Part shown: positions 9,941 through 18,758 of the stretch, in pieces
Layout: each line of letters begins with the position of its first letter
Numbering within the stretch: the first letter of the stretch is position 1
IMG/VR virus record: IMGVR_UViG_3300015171_000001
Coordinates: 93,281 to 157,280 of that record
Direction: 5' to 3' (one strand)
From: a virus
DNA: 64,000 nucleotides
Notes under the pieces: generated by a model
The model's database searches: none
The model's input: the letters and a program-made list of their open reading frames with translations, nothing else
Told to the model about the DNA's origin: nothing
Made by a program: the position numbers and the translations under genes

Positions 9941-12583
9941 ATGTTATTTTCGGCACTCAGAAGATCATTGCTGATAGGCAAAGTGAATATTTTGTCTGGA
10001 CTTTACGCACTAAATAGTGCTGTTACTCCATTTACCATGTCTTCGGTAATATCTGGAAATAACGTATTAACAAAATCGGGAATCGGAGCCATATCTTTAA
10101 CTAATAACAATAATTCTTTTTCAAAAGGAATTGCTGTTTCATCGGGAATATTGGGAGGAACAAATTCTAATTGTTTGGGAAGTGGAACTGCTAGTATCTC
10201 AAAAAATGCACAGATACAGTTAGATTGTGGACAAGGTTCTTATACCTCAAGCATTCCGGCGTTTAATGGAAGTGGATCGTTGTTAATTACTGGGAATAAC
10301 CAAATTCAAATCCAAAACACAATAAATGGATTTTCGGGGGGAACTTTTGTTCTGGGGGGTGCAACATTAAATACTCCTCCCAATACATCAATTGCGTCTA
10401 TTTTAGGGACAGGACAACTTTTTATAGATTCTGGGTCTGTTGTGAATATTAATTCACAAAATAACGGATTAAATGCAGGAAACACTCTTCTGTTCAGCGG
10501 AGTGTCTGGTTCTGGTACTATTAATTTTAATGGAACCACAGGTGGGAATACTATACAAACCAAGCAAGTGAGTTCTAGTTTATTTGTCGGTACTATAAAT
10601 ATTAATCCTTCGGGGACTTCTGGTGTTGGAAAAACACAATTAAATTTTACATTAAATCCTTCCGCGTCTATTAATGTAGGAACTAATGGAACTTTATATG
10701 TCGTGAATGGAAATAATTTCCCAGGAAATATTATTTTAAATGGCGGAACTACTGGGGAGACATTGGGACAATTAAGGATAGAAACTTCTGGATCAAATAT
10801 AACGGGAAATGTCATTCTTAGTGGAAGTGTGTCTACGGGAACAATTGGAAATAATGTTACCGGGGTAACGGTGATGATAAGCGGGCCTATTGTTGGAAAT
10901 TTTAGATTAATCAAGACTGGCCCTGGGACAATTATATTTGGAGGCGGAAATACATATACTGGCGGAAGTAATGCAGCAAATCAAGGAACACTTATAAATC
11001 AAGGAGTTATAGTGGCAACTACATTAAATAGTGTGACTGGAAGTGTTTCCTCTTCTAGTTTTGGAGTACCTACTTCGCCATCTGCAGGAACTATAAATTT
11101 GGGAAATGCTACATTGACAGGAAATTTAATAGTTATTAGTCCAGGAGAAACTACCGATAGAATTGTGAATTTGGGAGGATCTACTGGTGGTGGGGCTATA
11201 TATAATAGCGGATCTGGATATTTGAAATTTACAAGCGATCTTTCAATCACAGGAAACGGGACAAAAAGTTTTACTATGGGCGGTACGGGTCCTATGGAAT
11301 TTGTGGGGGCGATAAGTGATAATAGCCCTACAAACAAAACATATGTTACGAAATCAAATGCAAATACGGTAACACTTTCTGGGAATAATACATATACAGG
11401 AAATACACAACTATTAGGAGGGACATTAATGTTGGGAAGTGGAACTGCACTAGGTTCTGCTTCAAACAGTTGTTCTATAAATTTAAGTTCTTCTTTAGAT
11501 TTAAATGGCCAAACAATATTGAATAATATTTTTACAACAGGAGCAACTCCAACAATAACAAATTCAAGTTCTTCAACGGCAACCATAAATTCAACAATTA
11601 CTAATGGAAATGCCCCAATTTTTATTAGTGGTAGTAGTGGTAATATAGTATTACAAACAGTTACAGGAACTAGTGGATTAACTATTACAAAAAATGGAAC
11701 AAATACTTTAATATTATCCGGTTCTTCAGATAATGCATTTTGTGCATTAAAAATAAATAACGGACTTGTTGTGTTAAATAAATCTGGATCAGGACATTCT
11801 TCTAACAATTTAACCTTGATAAGTGGGACGGTGCAGTTTGGATCTAATAATGTTTCATTGTTAACAGGAACTGGTCAGTTGGCCACAACAACTATACATG
11901 GCGGAACATTTGATTTAAGTGGATCTACTGGAAACAATACCACATTAGGGTCTTTGAGTGGAAGTGGTGGTATTATAACAAATAATGGGTCTGTATCTTC
12001 TACACTGACTATTGGAGGAAATAATGGTGGCGGAGCTAATTATGCAGGAACTCTTCAGAATGGAACAAATACATTATTTTTAACAAAAATAGGAACTGCG
12101 GCAATAACTATGTCTGGAAATAGTACCCATACAGGATCGACTAGTATAACAGGAGGAGAACTACAAATTAACGGTTCTTTTAGTGGATCTACTATATTAA
12201 TAAATGGAGGAAGATTGAGTGGGACGGGTTCGGTGGGTAGTGTAATTTTATCAAATACCGCAAATTCAGTAATTGTTGGGGGTCTTGGTACTGGAAGTTT
12301 TGGGTCATTACTTATGACTGGGTCTTTATATTTTTCAGGGTCTACTTGTGCGTTGGATGTGTATGGAAATGGGTCAACGGCGGCATCTTCAATAGCTGTT
12401 AGTGGATCTACTACATTGAACAGTGCCACTATTAATTTTTTACAAACATTAAACACTGGGACTTATAATTTAATAACAAATACAGTATCGTGCGCGGGGC
12501 TAACTACAATAGGAACTAATAATACTGGACATACCCCATCATGTTCAATAGTTGGGAATAATTTAATTGCTACGATAACATAA
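9941..12583 (+). CDS. Adhesin-like beta-solenoid with passenger-associated transport repeats (PATR); candidate receptor-binding protein
   Basis: Five repeats: LTKSGIGAISLTNNNNSFS, LIKTGPGTIIFGGGNTYTGG, VTKSNANTVTLSGNNTYTGNT, ITKNGTNTLILSGSSDN, LTKIGTAAITMSGNSTHTGST. No autotransporter beta-barrel. Confidence 0.75.
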   Translation: MLFSALRRSLLIGKVNILSGLYALNSAVTPFTMSSVISGNNVLTKSGIGAISLTNNNNSFSKGIAVSSGILGGTNSNCLGSGTASISKNAQIQLDCGQGSYTSSIPAFNGSGSLLITGNNQIQIQNTINGFSGGTFVLGGATLNTPPNTSIASILGTGQLFIDSGSVVNINSQNNGLNAGNTLLFSGVSGSGTINFNGTTGGNTIQTKQVSSSLFVGTININPSGTSGVGKTQLNFTLNPSASINVGTNGTLYVVNGNNFPGNIILNGGTTGETLGQLRIETSGSNITGNVILSGSVSTGTIGNNVTGVTVMISGPIVGNFRLIKTGPGTIIFGGGNTYTGGSNAANQGTLINQGVIVATTLNSVTGSVSSSSFGVPTSPSAGTINLGNATLTGNLIVISPGETTDRIVNLGGSTGGGAIYNSGSGYLKFTSDLSITGNGTKSFTMGGTGPMEFVGAISDNSPTNKTYVTKSNANTVTLSGNNTYTGNTQLLGGTLMLGSGTALGSASNSCSINLSSSLDLNGQTILNNIFTTGATPTITNSSSSTATINSTITNGNAPIFISGSSGNIVLQTVTGTSGLTITKNGTNTLILSGSSDNAFCALKINNGLVVLNKSGSGHSSNNLTLISGTVQFGSNNVSLLTGTGQLATTTIHGGTFDLSGSTGNNTTLGSLSGSGGIITNNGSVSSTLTIGGNNGGGANYAGTLQNGTNTLFLTKIGTAAITMSGNSTHTGSTSITGGELQINGSFSGSTILINGGRLSGTGSVGSVILSNTANSVIVGGLGTGSFGSLLMTGSLYFSGSTCALDVYGNGSTAASSIAVSGSTTLNSATINFLQTLNTGTYNLITNTVSCAGLTTIGTNNTGHTPSCSIVGNNLIATIT

Positions 12584-12593
12584 CCCAAAAACA

Positions 12594-12812
12594 ATGACAA
12601 CAATAACAACATCCGCTATATTTACTATAGGACCAATAACAGACAATATGATAGACACTGTATCAGCCACAATATATTTATCTGGAACAAACATGACTTC
12701 TTTGAATATGACATTATGGTCTGGTCAAGATTATATTAATATTGGAAACTGGACAAATGACCAAGCTATTTCAAGAATTACTTCTTTATTAAATTCTGGC
12801 GCGGGTTCTTAA
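12594..12812 (+). CDS. Small hypothetical protein, possibly a fibre chaperone or tip protein
   Basis: 72 aa with LWSGQDYINIGNWTNDQAISRI, tightly following the PATR gene. Confidence 0.55.
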   Translation: MTTITTSAIFTIGPITDNMIDTVSATIYLSGTNMTSLNMTLWSGQDYINIGNWTNDQAISRITSLLNSGAGS

Positions 12813-13072
12813 TTATAATTAAAATAATTCTAAAATCGGTTTTAAGCGTTATAATTAATGAAATGGTGTCTTCATATTGAATTCTGTTAAAAATGTCACC
12901 TTGGTACATCCTGAGCCAAATAAACGGCAGTTGACAACTGATATTAAATTGCAAAACAATGACACCTTGAAAAATGAATTATTTAATTTAAATAAATTTT
13001 TGTTTTTTATAAATTATTTATTACTAATTATAAGAATATTATTAATTTATTATTATTAATTTATTATTATTA

Positions 13073-13184
13073 ATTTATTAATTTATTAATTTATTAATTT
13101 ATTAATTTATTAATTTATTAATTTATTAATTTATTAATTTATTAATTTATTAATTTATTAATTTATTAATTTATTAATTTATTA
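13073..13184. repeat. (ATTTATTA)14 tandem microsatellite within an AT-only tract
   Basis: 14 perfect 8-mers counted directly, preceded by ATTTATTATTATTA variants from about 13045. Confidence 0.95.
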
Positions 13185-13338
13185 TTATTAATACAAATAA
13201 TTGTAAAATATAATAATTAACGAGTCAAGTTAAAATAAATATTTATTGTGTTTTTTCTGAAAATTCCAGATTGAATTTTCCATATTTGAATTCCCAATCG
13301 TTGTTAATTAATTTAGAGTTATATTTATAACATACGAT

Positions 13339-14619
13339 ATGATCAGAGAAAATACATTTAAAATATATGGGAATAATCTAAATCCAAAAATTTGGAAATC
13401 TGATGGGACTATAAAAACAGAAATTAGAGAAAAATTATTAGAAATTGCTGATAATTTTTATAAAGATTTAGAATTCAATTTTCCTTATTCAGATATTTTA
13501 TTATTAGGATCTAATGCAAATTATGATTGGAATGAATTTTCAGACATAGATTTGCATATTTTAATTGATAGTAAAAAACTAGGTATTAATGATAAATATA
13601 TACAACCATTCTTGGATGGATTGAAAGATAAATGGAATATTAAACACAAAATAACTTTACACGATATTCCTGTCGAAATGTATATTCAAAATATTGATGA
13701 TAAAAATGCTGCTCTTGGAATATTTTCTTTATTGAATAATAAATGGATTAAATTTCCAAAAAAACAAAAAATTTCATTTAATAAAGAAAAAGTAAAAGAA
13801 GATTTTAAAAATATAACTGGGATCATCAATCATATTATAAATAATAATGAATTAGAAAAAGGAAAAAAATTAGAAGATAAAATTTGGGAAATTAGAAAAC
13901 AAGGATTGGGAAATAGAGGAGAATTTTCTGATGGAAATATTTTATTTAAATTATTAAGAAGTTCTGGTTATATTAAAAAACTTATAGATTTTACAAATAA
14001 GTCATATGATGAGAAAGAATCTTTAAAAGAAAAAATTATTGGAGAAGGACTTAATGATCCACATATATTTAAAGCTATATTTATGGCAGGAATTCCTGGT
14101 GCCGGAAAAACAGAAGTATCAAAATATATTAAAGGTGGAACTGGATTGAAAGTAGTAAATATTGATATTTTTAATGAATGGTATTTGAAAAATAAAAAAG
14201 CAATTGATTTTGATAAATTTGATCAATTAATTAATTCTCAATTAAGTACATATATTCAAGGACATTTAGGACTTATTATAGATAAAACTTCCAGTGATTT
14301 TGATATGACATTAAAAACCAAAGAATCTCTTGAATTATTTGGATATGATACCGCTATGATATTTGTCACTGCTGATTTAGAAATAGCAAAACAAAGAGTA
14401 ATTAATAGACAAAAAGAAAATGGGAGAGAGGTAGATACTGATTATATTGATAAAGTCCACACAGCTTTGCAAAAAAGTATAGAGAAGTATACAAAAATTT
14501 TTAAAAATAATTTATTTATTATAGATAATACAGAAAATATTGATTTTGGTAGATTAAATAAACAAGTTAATAAATTTATTAATTCCCCTGTTAAAAATCC
14601 TCTGAGCAAAATTAATTAA
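13339..14619 (+). CDS. Fusion of a Pol-beta-superfamily nucleotidyltransferase and a zeta-toxin/AAA_33-like P-loop kinase
   Basis: LLGSNANYDWNEFSDIDLH (GS...DxD) in the N-half. KAIFMAGIPGAGKT Walker A, LIIDKT and R...R...GR lid in the C-half. Confidence 0.8.
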   Translation: MIRENTFKIYGNNLNPKIWKSDGTIKTEIREKLLEIADNFYKDLEFNFPYSDILLLGSNANYDWNEFSDIDLHILIDSKKLGINDKYIQPFLDGLKDKWNIKHKITLHDIPVEMYIQNIDDKNAALGIFSLLNNKWIKFPKKQKISFNKEKVKEDFKNITGIINHIINNNELEKGKKLEDKIWEIRKQGLGNRGEFSDGNILFKLLRSSGYIKKLIDFTNKSYDEKESLKEKIIGEGLNDPHIFKAIFMAGIPGAGKTEVSKYIKGGTGLKVVNIDIFNEWYLKNKKAIDFDKFDQLINSQLSTYIQGHLGLIIDKTSSDFDMTLKTKESLELFGYDTAMIFVTADLEIAKQRVINRQKENGREVDTDYIDKVHTALQKSIEKYTKIFKNNLFIIDNTENIDFGRLNKQVNKFINSPVKNPLSKIN

Positions 14620-14620
14620 T

Positions 14621-15385
14621 ATGAAATTAAAAACACTTTTAACCGAAATTGAGTCTGAACAAGATCAAATATCAATTCTAAAAAAAGAATGCCCATTTGC
14701 TATTGAAATATATAAAAAATTTAATTATTTGTTTTTTAGAGGATCAAAAAATGTTTCTGTATTTGAAAAAATAAAACCTCTAGTTAATAGATTATCAAGA
14801 GATTCTTCTAATGTTGCTAATTTATTATTTGATAATAATAAAGACAATTCTTCCTATCAAAAAAGATCGAGTTCTATTATTTTTTCTGGAATTAAAAGAG
14901 TTGCTGAAATTTATGGGAATGTACATGTGTTTTTTCCAAAAGGAAATGCAAAAATAACATTTTCTAAAAGTGATTTTATATATACAAAATTAATAAATGT
15001 TCCTATGATATTAGATACATTTGGAAATGAGACTTTTAATTTTTTGTTTGATATTATAGCACCAGAACAAACAAAAGCAACTAGTTTTGAACAACTTGTT
15101 AAATATTTTAAAATAATAGACACGATGGACAAAAAACATTTATCCGAAATGACTTTCTCCAATACTAAATTTCAAGAATTTGTGTATAAGCCGTTTATAA
15201 AAAATAATGTTAAAAATTCATATGATTATTTTTCTAGTTTTGTTTCTAATAAAAATTTGAATTTCGTGGGGAATATATTAATGTCTGAATTGAATAATAT
15301 AAAACATCCCGAATTGTGGACACAAGAAGAAGGATATATGATAGATTTTAAACATTTTTATGATAATTTGAGAAATAAATTATGA
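14621..15385 (+). CDS. ADP-ribosyltransferase-like paralog 1
   Basis: FFRG...NLLFDNN...KRSSSIIFSG...AEIYG...FPKG...PELW, an R-S-E-type motif order. Confidence 0.55.
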   Translation: MKLKTLLTEIESEQDQISILKKECPFAIEIYKKFNYLFFRGSKNVSVFEKIKPLVNRLSRDSSNVANLLFDNNKDNSSYQKRSSSIIFSGIKRVAEIYGNVHVFFPKGNAKITFSKSDFIYTKLINVPMILDTFGNETFNFLFDIIAPEQTKATSFEQLVKYFKIIDTMDKKHLSEMTFSNTKFQEFVYKPFIKNNVKNSYDYFSSFVSNKNLNFVGNILMSELNNIKHPELWTQEEGYMIDFKHFYDNLRNKL

Positions 15386-16167
15386 TTAAGTTAAAAAATA
15401 TACTCAGAGAAATTCAAGAAGTAGATCAACATGTTGCCTTGTTACAAAGGGATTGTGGATTAGCAATTCAAAAAATTGTAAATGAACATTTGGTATTTTA
15501 TAGAGGAGAAAAGGGTTCTGAATTTTTTATAGAAAGGACCGCAAGACCTAGAGTTAGTTTGGATGGGCCCAATATAGCCAATTTATTATTTGATAACAAT
15601 CCCGATAATGTACATTATACAAAAAGAGGGAAGTGTTTGATTTTTAGTTCTAACCAAGAGACTGCTAAACAATTTGGTCATTTACATGTTTTTATTCCAA
15701 AAGGAAATCCTTCTATATCATATATAAAAAGAGATTTTGTTGACTGTTATTTAATAAATCCTCCTCTAACAATATCCTATTTGGATAATATTAGCTATAT
15801 TTTTCGTAAAATACTTGATACTCCTGTAAAAATAAGGACAGTTGATTTCATAAAGAATGCTTGTAAATTTATAGATGATCATCCATTATTTAATGAAGAA
15901 GAAGAGGCTCTATCAATGTTAAAACGTTTGTATATGACCGAGGTGCATTTTACTGAGTGGATACTTCCTGTTTTATTGGGAGACGTAAAAAATTCTTATG
16001 AATATTTTTTGGAAAGCGCGTCTTATGAAAATATTTCAGACACAAATGGAAATAAAAATTTATCAGAATTTCGCAAAACTGATATATTTGACGAATTTTG
16101 GTCAGATTGTTCTGGTTATCTTATAAACAACGATTATTTTGTAAATTCTATTTTTCCAAAATTATGA
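15382..16167 (+). CDS. ADP-ribosyltransferase-like paralog 2
   Basis: FYRG...NLLFDNN...LIFSSNQETAKQFG...IPKG...DEFW. ATGA overlap with paralog 1. Confidence 0.55.
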   Translation: MIKLKNILREIQEVDQHVALLQRDCGLAIQKIVNEHLVFYRGEKGSEFFIERTARPRVSLDGPNIANLLFDNNPDNVHYTKRGKCLIFSSNQETAKQFGHLHVFIPKGNPSISYIKRDFVDCYLINPPLTISYLDNISYIFRKILDTPVKIRTVDFIKNACKFIDDHPLFNEEEEALSMLKRLYMTEVHFTEWILPVLLGDVKNSYEYFLESASYENISDTNGNKNLSEFRKTDIFDEFWSDCSGYLINNDYFVNSIFPKL

Positions 16168-16937
16168 AATTAATGTCCATTTTAAATAATATTAGATTAG
16201 TGGAATCTTATCAGCATATTGATATAAAGGATAAGTCAAATCATGATAATTTTATAAATGAATTTCATTCAAAATGTCAAGTGGCCATAAACAAATATAA
16301 AGAAGGTGTTAGATTTTATAGAGGATTTCCGGCTCCAGAAAAAGATATTGTATATTATATAGATCCCACAAATTATACGAGAAAAGCATCAGAAACGCAT
16401 AATTATATAAATTTATTATTTGATAATAATGCAGAATTGGGTCATGTTGGTAAAAGAAGCAAATCTGTAATAACTTGTACAGATTTTGGACAATCAGATA
16501 GATATGGAAAATCATACATTATTTTTCCAATAGGAGATCCATATATGTCATATGGAAAATCTCCAGACTTTTGGTATAACTTTGAGAACACAATTGGCCA
16601 CGTCGATGTAGTAAATTCCGAAATTAAGAGTATTTTAACCGACGCGCATCAAGATACAAATGATTCGGATATTAATATATTAAAAAAATCATTGAGAAAA
16701 GCACAAGAAATTTTGAAATATAGAGGGGAAGATGAAGAAGTTCAGTATTCTACAGAAGATTATTTTACCGAAGATAAAGATATAGTTGAGAATTTTTTTG
16801 ATAGATTAAATCCACAAAAAAATGGAATAGAATCAAAAAAATTATCGACAATGGGAAGAATGACTAGAAAAGAAATTTGGACAGAAGTACCGTGTTATGC
16901 AATAGATTATTATAAAATATATCAAATATTACCATGA
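16164..16937 (+). CDS. ADP-ribosyltransferase-like paralog 3 (start reassigned to ATG 16164)
   Basis: MKLMSIL start with ATGA overlap. FYRG...NLLFDNN...KRSKSVITCT...YG...FPIG...KEIW. Confidence 0.55.
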   Translation: MKLMSILNNIRLVESYQHIDIKDKSNHDNFINEFHSKCQVAINKYKEGVRFYRGFPAPEKDIVYYIDPTNYTRKASETHNYINLLFDNNAELGHVGKRSKSVITCTDFGQSDRYGKSYIIFPIGDPYMSYGKSPDFWYNFENTIGHVDVVNSEIKSILTDAHQDTNDSDINILKKSLRKAQEILKYRGEDEEVQYSTEDYFTEDKDIVENFFDRLNPQKNGIESKKLSTMGRMTRKEIWTEVPCYAIDYYKIYQILP

Positions 16938-17707
16938 AACTAAAATCTATATTAAAAGAAGTTATATCAAAACAAGAAGTTGAACAACAAAGTTCTTTAG
17001 CAATTCAAAAGGCTAGGGAAGGAGTTTTATTATTTCGTGGGGACAAATCAGAAGAAAAATTTTTCTATAGAGATCCATCAACTAGAGTTAGAAAATCATT
17101 GTCTGGTTATAATATTGTAAATTTATTATTTGATAATAATCCACATTTAGAACATGCTCAAAAAAGAAGTAAGTCTATTATATTTTCAAGACAACAGGAC
17201 ATTGCTAATTATTATGGAAATAAATACATTGTTCTTCCAACACAAGATCCTTATATTTCTTTTATTAATGAAGACTTTGTTTATATAAAACCAAAAATAA
17301 GTGGAAGCACTATGAATAATAGTGCATTTGAATTACATTTATTATCTATAGCAAATATTTGTGGACATGATAATAGATTGTTTGATACATTTGATGAGGT
17401 TAGAGCATGTATTCAAAGTATTGATAAAAATATAAAACCAATGAAATTTGATCGCACACAGAATTATTCAATACTTTGGAATTTTTGTTTAAAAAATAAA
17501 GGACATTTATTGCAATCTATTTTTGAAGTATTTTCTCCAAAAGGACTTGGGGTAACAACAAAAAAATTATCTCAATTAACAAAGTCTGATAATTTCTTAG
17601 AAGGTTGGACTGAACAATCATGTTGGTTTATTAATAATGTTGAATTAAAAAATGAGTTTGGGGTAAAATTTAAAGATAATAAAAAAACCTCGTCAAAATA
17701 TGTTTGA
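16934..17707 (+). CDS. ADP-ribosyltransferase-like paralog 4
   Basis: LFRG...NLLFDNN...KRSKSIIFSR...ANYYG...LEGW. ATGA overlap. Confidence 0.55.
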   Translation: MKLKSILKEVISKQEVEQQSSLAIQKAREGVLLFRGDKSEEKFFYRDPSTRVRKSLSGYNIVNLLFDNNPHLEHAQKRSKSIIFSRQQDIANYYGNKYIVLPTQDPYISFINEDFVYIKPKISGSTMNNSAFELHLLSIANICGHDNRLFDTFDEVRACIQSIDKNIKPMKFDRTQNYSILWNFCLKNKGHLLQSIFEVFSPKGLGVTTKKLSQLTKSDNFLEGWTEQSCWFINNVELKNEFGVKFKDNKKTSSKYV

Positions 17708-17731
17708 CAAGAAGTATCAATTGGTTATAAT
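17704..17731 (+). promoter_or_regulatory. Sigma70-type (early) promoter
   Basis: TTGACA-16 nt-TATAAT, 6 nt upstream of ATG 17738. Confidence 0.65.
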
Positions 17732-17737
17732 ATTTTA

Positions 17738-17902
17738 ATGAAATTTTATACGGGAATAGGTAGTAGAAAAACGCCTATTGATATTAAGACGTTAATTATT
17801 AATATTACTAAAACACTTGCCAATAATTCTTATATTTTAAGAAGTGGAGGTGCCGATGGAGCAAATTTGTTTTTTGAAGAAACTAGAAAAAAGTTTATGT
17901 GA
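17738..17902 (+). pseudogene. Truncated DprA/Smf (SLOG-family) gene, 54 aa
   Basis: Manual translation MKFYTGIGSRKTP...ILRSGGADGANLFFEE matches the N-terminal GSR and SGGAxGAD motifs, then stops early. Confidence 0.7.
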
Positions 17903-18531
17903 AAGAGAATTTAAAAAAAGTTAAATTTCTTAGATTTGGTGGATTATCTCCAGTTATCCAATATGGATATGGAAATAATACTTTTCATGCACCACCAGCA
18001 AAAAAAGGTATTTATGCTTTCCCATATCCATTTATAGAATGGTTTTTGCTCGGGGGTAATTATGCAGATCCAAAAAAATCTATTGTAAAAAATCCAACAA
18101 ATAGAATTCAATATCTTAGAGATAAAAAAGGAAATTTAATTGATACTAATCATCCCGATTATGAAAAACATTCTGCCTGTGACAAAAATTGGACGGCAGA
18201 TAGAAGAAAAACAGAAGAAGATGATTTTTATGGTGTTTTATATCGTCCAAGTTCTAGAAAAATTTTCGAGTATAAAGGCGACATTTGGCATCACTTAGAA
18301 TGTAAAAATAATTTTGTGGTCAATAGACATAATGACTGGATTTTAACTAATTATAAAAACTATACAGATTGTTTATCAAAGCATATTCATAAACAAAAGT
18401 TTGATAGAATGCATGGCAAGTTTATGTGGTTAGATTCTAAAACTTGTTTTGGAGGAAATACAGTATTAAAAGCTCCACAATCTTTTTTTAATAAAGATGA
18501 CATTGAGGTTTTTATTGAAAGAATAAAATAA
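17899..18531 (+). CDS. Hypothetical protein
   Basis: 210 aa ORF with GTGA overlap and normal composition. Confidence 0.7.
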   Translation: MKENLKKVKFLRFGGLSPVIQYGYGNNTFHAPPAKKGIYAFPYPFIEWFLLGGNYADPKKSIVKNPTNRIQYLRDKKGNLIDTNHPDYEKHSACDKNWTADRRKTEEDDFYGVLYRPSSRKIFEYKGDIWHHLECKNNFVVNRHNDWILTNYKNYTDCLSKHIHKQKFDRMHGKFMWLDSKTCFGGNTVLKAPQSFFNKDDIEVFIERIK

Positions 18532-18569
18532 ATGTTGACTTTTTGTGAATTTATATTATAATAAATAAT

Positions 18570-18758
18570 ATGAATTATTTAAATGAAAGATTGTTGAGAA
18601 TGTTTGTAGAAGATAGATTTTTAGAAGATATGAAGAAATTTAATATAATTTCTAAAGATATTATAAATTCTTTAAAGAATAAAATTATACACCACGAAGG
18701 TAATAGACGGTTGGTAGTTAATAATAGAATAATCGAAGCATATCCAGAACTATTGTGA
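18570..18758 (+). CDS. Small hypothetical protein
   Basis: Preceded by TTGACT-16-TATAAT (18535-18562). Confidence 0.5.
   Translation: MNYLNERLLRMFVEDRFLEDMKKFNIISKDIINSLKNKIIHHEGNRRLVVNNRIIEAYPELL

Noticed and set aside
10306-12456. Long minus-strand ORFs (202, 269 and 133 aa)
   Set aside because: Antisense shadows of the Gly/Ser/Thr-rich PATR gene with no recognisable motifs.
12877-13059. 60 aa ORF
   Set aside because: TTG start, and it runs into the AT low-complexity tract. Likely spurious.
13040-13190. CRISPR array
   Set aside because: Contiguous 8-mer tandem repeat with no spacers and no cas genes.
14621-17707. Diversity-generating retroelement or DNA-level repeat cassette
   Set aside because: Similarity is at the protein-motif level only. 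No reverse transcriptase or adenine-specific TR/VR pair was seen.
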